Below are positions 10,016-18,759 of a stretch of 64,000 bases of DNA, in pieces (positions within the stretch are counted from its first letter, which is position 1; each line of letters starts with the position of its first letter). The stretch comes from an uncultured bacterium (lineage in GTDB: Bacteria; Omnitrophota; Omnitrophia; Omnitrophales; Abzuiibacteriaceae): contig CAYLXA010000001.1 of the NCBI GenBank assembly GCA_964387845.1, positions 256,001 to 320,000 of the forward strand, given 5' to 3'. Under the pieces are notes generated by a model that was not told the origin of the DNA, made no database searches, and saw only the letters and a list, made by a program, of their open reading frames with translations. The translations under genes were made by a program, and so were the position numbers.

Positions 10016-10350
10016 CCTTTTCATTGCTATCTACAGCCTAAAGTCAACTCTATTCAAAGATCAAGTCCAACGTATCAAAATTTGCGCTTTCTCTACTGAC
10101 ACTAGATGAAAATCTATCCACACTAGATAAATCTGAAAATAAGTTTTAATAAAGTAACTATTTAGTCAAACAAAAGACCACATATTTTAGCCGAAATTAC
10201 TAACCGACTCGGCCAACCCATCACGGCTGCTTCTTCAACAAGGCTCTAAGAGAGCTCCTGTTTCCATTTCAACCTGTCTTACCCGTATCCAATAAATCCG
10301 AAGCCAGCGGATATTTCGCTTCATCAGTTTCTTGAATGTCAATTTCTGTT

Positions 10351-10899
10351 TCATTTCGCTTCACCTTTCTTCGTAACAATTGTTTGGATTTTCTCAAATT
10401 CTGAATTAGGAAAACATTTTTCAGCATGACCGTAATGTTCGGCGAGCTCTCTGATGACGTTCCAATGGCTATAAATGAACTTTGTCCAACTAGCATGATC
10501 AATTGGAGCTTCAGCCTGGATCGCATCAATTAGTTCAGAAAGAATCTTTCTTAAACTCATAGCTTCATCCGAAACAAACTCTCTCAAGCAAATTAGGTGG
10601 GCAAGCGTTTTAAACGCCTTCTTCTCTGTCGAGAAACTTGGATTCTCATGCGTAATCCCGTAAACGACCATCCCGAGAAACCAAAGCGCATGTCCGGAAT
10701 TGTGATGCTCCTGCATGAGTCTCTTGTCAATTTGAGGCAAGCTATCGGCTTGAGGCATAACGACACCCTCGAGGCCTACCGCTTCACTTTCGAGGACGAG
10801 TTTCACCTTGTTTTGATAGTTTTCCTCAAGTTGTTTAATATCGATATTTTCTTGATATTTGCTATCCTGTATTTTGTTGTCTTTTGATTGGTTAGTCAT
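10351..10899 (-). CDS. Hypothetical protein, 182 aa, His-rich (HHNSGHALW...H...H; possible metal-dependent fold)
   Basis: ORF with an ATG start. I recognise no confident family. Confidence 0.4.
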   Translation of the reverse strand: MTNQSKDNKIQDSKYQENIDIKQLEENYQNKVKLVLESEAVGLEGVVMPQADSLPQIDKRLMQEHHNSGHALWFLGMVVYGITHENPSFSTEKKAFKTLAHLICLREFVSDEAMSLRKILSELIDAIQAEAPIDHASWTKFIYSHWNVIRELAEHYGHAEKCFPNSEFEKIQTIVTKKGEAK

Positions 10900-11090
10900 G
10901 TCTTATTTCCACCTTTGACTGAACCTTACATGGCCTTTTTTAAAGTGTCAAGGAACTCAATTAAGATAGTTTCTGACATATTTATATCTATATTTGACAT
11001 CCCACGTAAGTTCATGTAGACTTGATACTTATAGGGTAAAACATCTTCTTTTTGACCAGTTAGCCGTTGAAACTTTTTTGAGGTTTTCCT

Positions 11091-12416
11091 GTGTATGATC
11101 AGATATTAGCCAAATACCAAGAGCTATTGCCGGGCTTCCCACAGCTAAGGCGTTCCTTGATTGGATCTATCATTAAGGAGACACGTGTTGATAAGGGTGT
11201 CCGGCAGATGGATTTTGCGAAGCAAATTGGCCTTAACGAAGCAACCCTTAAATCCATCGAGAACGACCACCAATTGGCAACCACTGTCTCAAACCTCGAG
11301 AAATGCGCCAAGGCGCTTGGTGTAAGCGTGGATGAACTTATCCTTCGGGGCCGAGAACATGACCCGGCTAATTTTTTCATCTTTAAGAAGAAAGCCCCTG
11401 CCGTTGTAAAAGGGATACGAAAGCGCAAACGTATTCAAGATGAGTGGCATGAGAGCAAACGGCTCCAATTTAGAAGTTTTGATATGACGCCCTGCTCACC
11501 GCCCATTAATACCAAAAAGGATTTTTTTGTAAGTCGCGTAGTTTTGCCTCCTAAACGTTCAATAGATCAATTAAGCTTGGGCGCTCATCATCACGTGCTC
11601 GGATTTGTTCTGGCGGGTTTTCATATCAAGATTCATTATGCGGGACAAGAATCGGTCGTAACGACAAATCAAGGGTTCCTCTTGGACGGCTTTTTTCCTC
11701 ACAGTATCGTCAATGAGGATGAAGACAACGCGGCTTTGATCTATCTCGTGACGAGAATCCCCCATCCGGAGTCCACTAAGACGAAGTTTGAAACCGCTTT
11801 AAAGACGGTTGAATCCATCGACATTGCCAAGGGCATTGAATACATCCGGAAATATAAATCAGACCGCCCTAACGTCTTGATTGCGGTCAAACATTTAGCC
11901 GACCTAACAGATTCCCTGGATCACGAGCAAATTGCAAAATTGATGAAGCTCAAGAAGGGCTCGTCTGTTATTCATTGGGCAAAGATTGAAGACTTGCTCT
12001 CGGGTGTCGGCGTTTCTATGGAAGAATTTCTGACTTGGTGCCATCATAGAGAAGAAAAACCAATATCACTTGCCACGATTTCAAGCCGCGCCATGATTGA
12101 TTTCACTGCCTATTACGGACTTAAGATTTATTCTGCCGTGCCGCCCAATGTGAATAGCGAATATTTTTTCGGCGAGCTCATGATCGAAGGCAAGAATAGC
12201 GGGAAAAAGAATTGGAAGAGAAAAGACAAAGCCATGGTTGCTATATTTGTAGAAGACGGTGAATTAGAAATCACGGTTGGTAAAAAACGAAGCGCCATGA
12301 CGCTTCTGAAGGGCGAAAGTATTTACTTCGACGGCAATCTGGGTTATATGCTAAGGAATCCTGCAACCGATCAAATGCGGGGGATTTTTACTACTTATCC
12401 TGCTGTGCAATTTTAA
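11091..12416 (+). CDS. XRE-family HTH transcriptional regulator with a long C-terminal domain, 441 aa; the only long plus-strand gene in this block
   Basis: GTG start. HTH_XRE signature QMDFAKQIGLNEATLKSIENDHQLATTVSNLEKCAKALGVSVDELI. C-terminal region of unknown fold. Confidence 0.6.
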   Translation: MYDQILAKYQELLPGFPQLRRSLIGSIIKETRVDKGVRQMDFAKQIGLNEATLKSIENDHQLATTVSNLEKCAKALGVSVDELILRGREHDPANFFIFKKKAPAVVKGIRKRKRIQDEWHESKRLQFRSFDMTPCSPPINTKKDFFVSRVVLPPKRSIDQLSLGAHHHVLGFVLAGFHIKIHYAGQESVVTTNQGFLLDGFFPHSIVNEDEDNAALIYLVTRIPHPESTKTKFETALKTVESIDIAKGIEYIRKYKSDRPNVLIAVKHLADLTDSLDHEQIAKLMKLKKGSSVIHWAKIEDLLSGVGVSMEEFLTWCHHREEKPISLATISSRAMIDFTAYYGLKIYSAVPPNVNSEYFFGELMIEGKNSGKKNWKRKDKAMVAIFVEDGELEITVGKKRSAMTLLKGESIYFDGNLGYMLRNPATDQMRGIFTTYPAVQF

Positions 12417-12422
12417 GAACGA

Positions 12423-13235
12423 TTAACCAAGCGTTCCCAACTCGGTTGCATAGACTTTAATATGTTCAACCATCGTCGGAATATCAAAAGGTTTTTCGAC
12501 CAATTTTTCAGGCGGGAATCCCACCTTTTGCAAAAGGGCTTTCATTTCTTTCGCATACGAAGCAGAAATTGGAATTATCTTGAGGTTCGGCTTTTTATCC
12601 ATGAGTTCTTTGATTAAATTTTGCCCATCCATGCCCGGTATCTTCATGTCAATGATAGCCACATGGCATTCGTCATTCAGAATATGGTCAAGAGCCTTCT
12701 TGCCGTCTGTGAAAATTGTGAGATTGTAGCGCCTTCCCTCCAACACTTCCTTCATGAAATCATTGAGTTCAAGCTCATCGTCCACCAAAACAATTTTGGT
12801 TCGGTTTTCATAGTAAATTTCATCTTCATATTCACTATTGACTTGGCCGGGAGTAACGACACGATTCAATTTTTTATTGATCTTATCTTCAATCTTTGCG
12901 AAATCCCTAAATGGCTTTTCGATCACGTCATCTTGGGTAATGCCAACACTCTTGAGCTTTTCTTTCTCATCGTGATAATAAGCTGTAATAATGAGAACGG
13001 GAGTATTAATATTATTCTCGCGAAGCTTCTTAAGAACTTCGTAGCCGTTCAACCTCTCCATCCGTAAGTCCAAGAGAATTAGATCAACTCGATATGCTTC
13101 GAGCGTCTGATTGACTATAGTCGGATTTGCGGTCGCAATCGGTTCATAATTTCGCCTTCTGAAATGCGTTACAAGCTGTTCAATCACGACTTTATCATCG
13201 TCAACAATTAGGATTGTGCTTTGTTTATCAGTCAT
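12423..13235 (-). CDS. Response regulator with two tandem receiver domains, 270 aa
   Basis: ILIVDDDKVV...LILLDLRM...K in the first half and IVLVDDELELNDFM...VAIIDMKIPGMDG...K in the second half. Confidence 0.75.
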   Translation of the reverse strand: MTDKQSTILIVDDDKVVIEQLVTHFRRRNYEPIATANPTIVNQTLEAYRVDLILLDLRMERLNGYEVLKKLRENNINTPVLIITAYYHDEKEKLKSVGITQDDVIEKPFRDFAKIEDKINKKLNRVVTPGQVNSEYEDEIYYENRTKIVLVDDELELNDFMKEVLEGRRYNLTIFTDGKKALDHILNDECHVAIIDMKIPGMDGQNLIKELMDKKPNLKIIPISASYAKEMKALLQKVGFPPEKLVEKPFDIPTMVEHIKVYATELGTLG

Positions 13236-13651
13236 TTCTTCTCCGGTTCATTTGATAATATTTTCTTTATTCTGCTCATAAAAATATCGGGTTTTAGATC
13301 AGTTGGTTTCTCCAAATAATCTTTTATTGAAAAGATTTCACCTCTATTTTCAAACATGTCCTTAAGAAGTTTATATGGGGTCGCAGAGATAACGGCAACC
13401 TTGGGCTTCCCTGGTGCAAATTTGCACATTTTTACAACTTCAACACCGCTCAATGGCCCTTCAAGCCTGATATCAACCAATATCAAATTGAAAAGCCCAT
13501 GCCCCAGATGTTCCATAGCTTCGTCGCTGGAAGCCGCTGTGTCAACTTGAAAACCTTCGTATTCAAGCGTTTCTTTGAGAACGCTCCTGATATCGATTTC
13601 GTCATCGATGATAAGTACCCTATTCTTTTGAGATTTGATTGCATCCGCCAT
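13232..13651 (-). CDS. Single-domain response regulator (CheY-like), 139 aa
   Basis: RVLIIDDEIDIRSVLKETLEYEGFQV...LILVDIRLEG...VAVISATP...EKP. Overlaps the next gene by 4 nt. Confidence 0.75.
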   Translation of the reverse strand: MADAIKSQKNRVLIIDDEIDIRSVLKETLEYEGFQVDTAASSDEAMEHLGHGLFNLILVDIRLEGPLSGVEVVKMCKFAPGKPKVAVISATPYKLLKDMFENRGEIFSIKDYLEKPTDLKPDIFMSRIKKILSNEPEKK

Positions 13652-13663
13652 TTTTTCTATCTA

Positions 13664-14155
13664 TCACGCCTTATTTGATGAATCTTCTCTTTGTGGCCCC
13701 AAAATCTTCTTCAAAGCTGTAATCAAATTCAAATGAAAGGACTCATTTTTTGGAATAACAGCATGAAATAAAACTCCTTCTAACTGATAGTACCATTCCA
13801 TCCGTGGAAATTCATCTGTCGTGAGGCAAAGCATTGGGAGTTTTATGCCAGCATTTTTTATTCTGCGCGCAAGCTGAATTCCCCAATTAAAATCGATCTT
13901 GGTATCTTTCAATTTTAACAAATGTTTGGCGAGCGGTAGATTTGATTGCGTTCTCATGGACAAAGCAAGAGATTCTCCCCCAATTCGCATTTCTTTGGAA
14001 ATCACAATTGCATCGACTTCATGCCTCCTAATGGCTTCTTCAATAAAGTTTTCACTAGATATTCCTATAACCTCATAGGCAAAGGATTCAAGAATTGGCC
14101 GCAAATCAGCTACCAGATAATCTTCCTCTATGAAGAGAAGTCTTTTCATAAACAT
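13664..14155 (-). CDS. Degenerate or atypical receiver-like domain protein, 163 aa
   Basis: LLFIEEDYLVADLRP...VDAIVISKEM gives a REC-like layout with substitutions at the acidic pocket. Confidence 0.45.
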   Translation of the reverse strand: MFMKRLLFIEEDYLVADLRPILESFAYEVIGISSENFIEEAIRRHEVDAIVISKEMRIGGESLALSMRTQSNLPLAKHLLKLKDTKIDFNWGIQLARRIKNAGIKLPMLCLTTDEFPRMEWYYQLEGVLFHAVIPKNESFHLNLITALKKILGPQREDSSNKA

Positions 14156-16434
14156 TACGATTCTGATTCTCGGTTCTCATTTACGGCATTTTCGGTGGGA
14201 AGCCAAAACACAAACTTTGATCCGCCTTCAAGTCGCTTCTCAAGCCAAATTTTTCCACCATGAAACTCTTCTATAATTTTCCGGCAAACATATAAACCCT
14301 GTCCATGCCCCGCATCCATTGAGATAACTGATTGTGGTTTGGGTTTCGTAGAAAACCCTTGTGAGAAAACCTTATCAAAGAGTGATTCAGGAACTCCAGG
14401 GCCCTCATCCCAATATTCAAACCATGTTACCGGTTTTTCGTTATTGTCACGTTCTGAACCAGTAAGATAAATTAAATCGTTCGGTTGTCCCGCTAAAGCA
14501 TCAATCGAATTCTTAAATAAATTCTCAAATACCTGCTCCATCATGTACACATTCCCGAATAATTTAAATCCTTCGGAGAGCGTGACTTTAAATTTTGGCG
14601 TGTCATCAATGTTCAAATTGCGCTTTGCTGTTTCCCACGGTACCCTAAAATCCATGACTTGCTTCATGTTCTTATCTCCCGCAAGAGCGCCAACAACTGA
14701 ATCCACAACTAACTTGACTCGATCTGCCATGCCTTCAATATCACGCGAATACTTAACGATCGATGCATCAATCTCTTCAAGCTGTCTAGCTTCAATATTG
14801 GTTAGTTTATCTTTAAGTTTATTTTTTAAGCGATTCACGCGGTCTGGCAAATGAAGGCGCATGTTAATGGCAGCACTTCCAACTCCCACTAACTTATTAC
14901 CAGCTTCGTGCTTTAAGCTCCTGGTGAAATTAACTTGTTCGGCAATCTTTTGCGCTTTGACTTTTTCTTCACGCTCAATAACAATATCATTTACGAGTCT
15001 TGTATTTTCTGTGGCAATGGCTGAATCCTGGGCAATTGTAAAAAAAACATCCAAATCCTCGCTTGTGTATGGCTCGTCAGATTTCTTACCGCCAAGAACT
15101 AGCACATTGGAGATTTTCTGATTAAATCCATTGCTTTCAATATCAGGCTGACCAATAAAACTAGGAATTAATGCTTCCGCTTTCAATGCATTGAAAATGT
15201 TGAGAATGTCAGACTGAGATTGAGAATCGAGTCTTTCATCTTTCATATTTTTTTCAATGGAATATGCTGTGATTGGACCATTCTGCGATGTTAATAATCT
15301 GATTACCGGGTGGTTTTCGGAAATTGTTAGCCGCGGACGATTACTTCTACCACCGTATCCTAATGGATACCTCAGATCATATTCATTATTATTGGTTCGC
15401 ATTAAGATTCCCGCATTTCTAATCCTCCCCTGTTTAACCAAATATGCGGAAACTTGTTTAGCTAATTCGTCCAAACTGTGGATGAATGCGATTTGCTTTG
15501 CATTCTCTTTGAGAAGTTTGTGGTAGTCGTATTTTTTTTGGAATAAAAATTTATCAGTAATATTGGTTAAAATTTTTTCCACGGGTCTATAAATAAAAAC
15601 AGATGCTGCAATTCCACATATCATGAGAAAAAAAGGTGATATGCCCACCGTTCTTCCAATAATCATCTGAGTCAACCCTATGGGAATAGAAATCGTCAGA
15701 ACAGATATCGTTACAACTCCAGCAAATACTAGAGTTCGCTTAATAATAAGTTTTATATCCAACAACTGATATTTAACAATTGAAAATGCCACGGTAGCAA
15801 CGTAAACCGCTACCAAAATATTTCCGACAGGTGGAATTTTTATGTTATACCACAAGAAATGATTTGTCATTCCGCCCAAGAAACCTATGAGCGTACCTAA
15901 AAGAACACTAAAATTTCTCTTCCAGACAATTGAATGCTTCTCCTTGATCAGCCAAACAATCATTAAATAATGCGAAACAGTAACATTTAAGGCAAACCAC
16001 AAATGAAATGCATAGAAAAGCGGTCCAGGAACAGGCCAATAGGCAAATGTTAAGCGTTGTTCGACAGTTTGGATGAAATAAGCATTGAATGAGAAAAATA
16101 TTATGACAACACCAAAAATCAAATTCATTAAACGAATAATTCTGTGCTCAGATTCCTTTCCCAGCAGATGGATTATAAACTCGGTAAAAGAAGGCGGTAT
16201 CAAGGTTGAGCCTACCATTGCTAAGCGTATCCAAAATAGCGCTACATCCGCACTAGCAGACGTCATTGTCCATACCCAGACAGCATAACACGCAGCCCAA
16301 AATCCAACGCTAATAGCGAATATTACAAATATAAGATTCAATCGTTTTGTGGGGTTTTTGTGAAGGACAAGAAAACTTACGGAAAAACTTGTAAGAGCGT
16401 TAATAATCGCGGACCAAAAATAATAACCTGTCAT
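14155..16434 (-). CDS. Sensor histidine kinase with an N-terminal 7-TM sensor module (7TMR-DISM-like) and a C-terminal HisKA/HATPase_c region, 759 aa
   Basis: About 7 hydrophobic helices in the first ~280 aa. H-box SLKHEAGNKL. G-boxes in DEGPGVPESLFDKVFSQGFSTK and GHGQGLYVCRKIIEEFHGGKIWLE. Confidence 0.8.
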   Translation of the reverse strand: MTGYYFWSAIINALTSFSVSFLVLHKNPTKRLNLIFVIFAISVGFWAACYAVWVWTMTSASADVALFWIRLAMVGSTLIPPSFTEFIIHLLGKESEHRIIRLMNLIFGVVIIFFSFNAYFIQTVEQRLTFAYWPVPGPLFYAFHLWFALNVTVSHYLMIVWLIKEKHSIVWKRNFSVLLGTLIGFLGGMTNHFLWYNIKIPPVGNILVAVYVATVAFSIVKYQLLDIKLIIKRTLVFAGVVTISVLTISIPIGLTQMIIGRTVGISPFFLMICGIAASVFIYRPVEKILTNITDKFLFQKKYDYHKLLKENAKQIAFIHSLDELAKQVSAYLVKQGRIRNAGILMRTNNNEYDLRYPLGYGGRSNRPRLTISENHPVIRLLTSQNGPITAYSIEKNMKDERLDSQSQSDILNIFNALKAEALIPSFIGQPDIESNGFNQKISNVLVLGGKKSDEPYTSEDLDVFFTIAQDSAIATENTRLVNDIVIEREEKVKAQKIAEQVNFTRSLKHEAGNKLVGVGSAAINMRLHLPDRVNRLKNKLKDKLTNIEARQLEEIDASIVKYSRDIEGMADRVKLVVDSVVGALAGDKNMKQVMDFRVPWETAKRNLNIDDTPKFKVTLSEGFKLFGNVYMMEQVFENLFKNSIDALAGQPNDLIYLTGSERDNNEKPVTWFEYWDEGPGVPESLFDKVFSQGFSTKPKPQSVISMDAGHGQGLYVCRKIIEEFHGGKIWLEKRLEGGSKFVFWLPTENAVNENRESES

Positions 16435-17450
16435 GTGCCATTCTTCGCAAAACAGTATTGAATAACACCTTGCTGCTCATATTCTATGCTTAAATCAGCA
16501 AGTTTAAATCCAGAATCAAGAAATATCTTCTTAAATTCATCTTCCGTTCGATAAACAAGATTCCACTCGCCGACCCATTCCATAAAGTGTATGGCCGGAT
16601 TGCTATATTTATCAAAATAATTCGCGATTACCAATACACCATTCGGGCGCAATAATTTCTTCAGATTTGAAACAAGGCGCACGGAAATCTTCTCATCCAA
16701 ATAATCAAATAATCCCGTTGAGAAAATCAAGTCATATGGTTTTGGAAACTCATGCACTATATCTTTTTTTAAAGCCATACGAACAACATTCTGCTTTACA
16801 AATGAAATGTTTGATAAATCACCTAAAAGCTTCTTTGCGTATGCAATTGCGTTTTCGTCATTGTCTAAACAATCAATATGAATATTTTCTTTGCTGAATT
16901 GAACTTGATCAATAAGTTCCTTAATATCGCGACACGGTCCCGAAGCCAGGTCCATGATATTTATTTTCTCACCATTAACTTTTCGCTCATTAATAAATTT
17001 ACTGATGATCCTTTTGAAATCGTCTTTTCTGTTCCTTGTTGCAACGGAAGCAGCGGATATTTGAAAATAATTATCAAACAATCTATCAAAACCAACGGAT
17101 GTGGGATTGTTCAAATATATATCATCGATGATTTGGAAATCGCCCGCATAACCGAAAGGTTTGTCCACACTCCATTTTATATATTGACCATAAACAAAAT
17201 CTTTCCTCAATTTTGATACAAAAAAGCGTTTCAACTTATACAGCTTTTCTTCATTGCCCCTTGCAATATTTTCCTTTTCAAATAGCATAATGTCGCGAAA
17301 AATGCCGTTTATTTCTTGATTAAATTCACTTTGAAATTTTCCCCATTTATTAGGATCAGCATACAATAATGCCTTAAGTTCCACCGCACGTTTTTTGTAT
17401 CGCTTGATTTTGCTAAGTAAAACTAAGTTTGGCTCGCCAATAGAAAACAT
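16431..17450 (-). CDS. Class-I SAM-dependent methyltransferase, 339 aa
   Basis: Motif I IMDLASGPCRD followed by an acidic motif-II region DCLDNDENAI. The N-terminal ~120 aa are of unknown function. Confidence 0.6.
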   Translation of the reverse strand: MFSIGEPNLVLLSKIKRYKKRAVELKALLYADPNKWGKFQSEFNQEINGIFRDIMLFEKENIARGNEEKLYKLKRFFVSKLRKDFVYGQYIKWSVDKPFGYAGDFQIIDDIYLNNPTSVGFDRLFDNYFQISAASVATRNRKDDFKRIISKFINERKVNGEKINIMDLASGPCRDIKELIDQVQFSKENIHIDCLDNDENAIAYAKKLLGDLSNISFVKQNVVRMALKKDIVHEFPKPYDLIFSTGLFDYLDEKISVRLVSNLKKLLRPNGVLVIANYFDKYSNPAIHFMEWVGEWNLVYRTEDEFKKIFLDSGFKLADLSIEYEQQGVIQYCFAKNGT

Positions 17451-17453
17451 TGC

Positions 17454-17831
17454 TTACACTCCCAAACAATCCATAACTGTTTTCAATAGCTCCCTTATAT
17501 CAAAGGGCTTCATTATATAAGCAATCGGATTCAGCTTTCTCGCCTCACGCTCTATATTATCATCTGCAAATCCAGTAACAAAAATAGTGGGAATTTTCTT
17601 TTGCTTTTTACTCATGTTTTCTTGAATTTGACGCACGGTTTCAACGCCGCTCAGCCCTGGCATGCGTATATCCGAAATAACAAGATCAAAGTCATCTTCG
17701 TCCATTATAGCCACCGCGTCAGACCCATTGCGCACGGTATAAACTTCGTATCCCTGCTTTTCAAGAAGCCGACTCAGAGACTTAATGAGCAATTCCTCAT
17801 CATCAATTACCAAAATTTTCTTTGCTGACAT
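17454..17831 (-). CDS. Single-domain response regulator (CheY-like), 125 aa
   Basis: KILVIDDEELLIKSL...FDLVISDIRMPGLSG...IFVTGFAD...MKPF. Confidence 0.8.
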   Translation of the reverse strand: MSAKKILVIDDEELLIKSLSRLLEKQGYEVYTVRNGSDAVAIMDEDDFDLVISDIRMPGLSGVETVRQIQENMSKKQKKIPTIFVTGFADDNIEREARKLNPIAYIMKPFDIRELLKTVMDCLGV

Positions 17832-17848
17832 TACACAGCTCCTGTTTT

Positions 17849-18088
17849 TTATTTGTTGTCTAGTTTCTCAATAACGTATTGAATGATATCTTGTACTTTG
17901 TTCATTTTTGCAGCATCTTCATCGGAAATCTCAATGTTAAACTCCTCTTCAATTGCCATAATGAGTTCGACCGAATCCAAGGAATCTAATTCGAGATCCT
18001 TAATCAGTTCAGAGTCAGGCGAAACTTCTTCAGGTTTGACTCCCAACTGATCACAAATGACTTCCCTGACTCGAGCTTCAATATTCAT
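17849..18088 (-). CDS. Acyl carrier protein, 79 aa
   Basis: Helical, acidic ACP layout with the phosphopantetheine-site motif DLELDSLDSVELIMAIEEEF. Confidence 0.7.
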   Translation of the reverse strand: MNIEARVREVICDQLGVKPEEVSPDSELIKDLELDSLDSVELIMAIEEEFNIEISDEDAAKMNKVQDIIQYVIEKLDNK

Positions 18089-18093
18089 AACAA

Positions 18094-18435
18094 CTATTTG
18101 GCGTTGAAACCATGAGTCATTACTTTCATGCGCTGAATAAGCTTCTCGATGATTTTCATACCTCTTTGCCTACTTTCACGGGACTGCCGTTCTTTTGAAT
18201 GTAGGATCTGGATAAGTTCGCGACAAAGGTCCTTGTCTTTATCCGTAAATGCCGTTGTCACTAGTATTTCATTAATTCTATTAATGAAATCCGGAATTCT
18301 TTCTTCAAGCATTCTTTCACAATCATTAGATGAAAATGCTATGTAAATTGGGTAAAGCTTATTTCTTTGATATGCCAGCAGTCTCTTGATGGCTTCCTTT
18401 TGTACTTTTGACCGTTCAAATGTCAATTTTTTCAT
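18094..18435 (-). CDS. Hypothetical protein, 113 aa, first gene of the signalling operon
   Basis: ORF only. No motif recognised. Confidence 0.4.
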   Translation of the reverse strand: MKKLTFERSKVQKEAIKRLLAYQRNKLYPIYIAFSSNDCERMLEERIPDFINRINEILVTTAFTDKDKDLCRELIQILHSKERQSRESRQRGMKIIEKLIQRMKVMTHGFNAK

Positions 18436-18637
18436 CAGATTGGTGGCAAAATTCTATCACATTTCTCTATGCAAACTGATGTGAAATAATCAGTTCGCAG
18501 GATTGGCTTAACAGTATAAATACGGCACTTTTAAGCCGTTTTTTGACTTATGATGGAATTTGAAAACAGGAGAGTTTAGCTGAATAACATTGCTGATTGT
18601 GAAATGGGTGCTATAATAAAAACGTGGCTAGAGAGCG

Positions 18638-18697
18638 CTCGACCCGGCACGGAAGAACCTCTCAGGGCATTAAGCCTTTTCGCCACGCTTGACTAAT
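18638..18697. repeat. Copy 2 of the conserved ~60-nt intergenic element
   Basis: ggctagagagcgctcgacccggcacggaagaacctctcagggcattaagccttttcgcca. About 90% identical to 9953..10015. Confidence 0.6.
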
Positions 18698-18759
18698 GTT
18701 AACTCTCCTTATAACCGCTACCTACAACGCGTTTAGGCAAATCCATTGTTCGCAATGAT

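Noticed and set aside
9940-10020. Sigma-54 promoter (TGGC-N8-TTGC-like pattern) within the 60-nt repeat on the minus strand
   Set aside because: The GG-to-GC spacing is 9 nt rather than the obligatory 12, so the resemblance is superficial.
10269-10529. 86-aa ORF overlapping the 5' part of the 182-aa gene, and other sub-100-aa ORFs overlapping annotated genes (for example 24346..24573, 31612..31908, 30106..30297)
   Set aside because: They are out-of-frame overlaps with longer motif-supported ORFs on the same strand and have no independent support.
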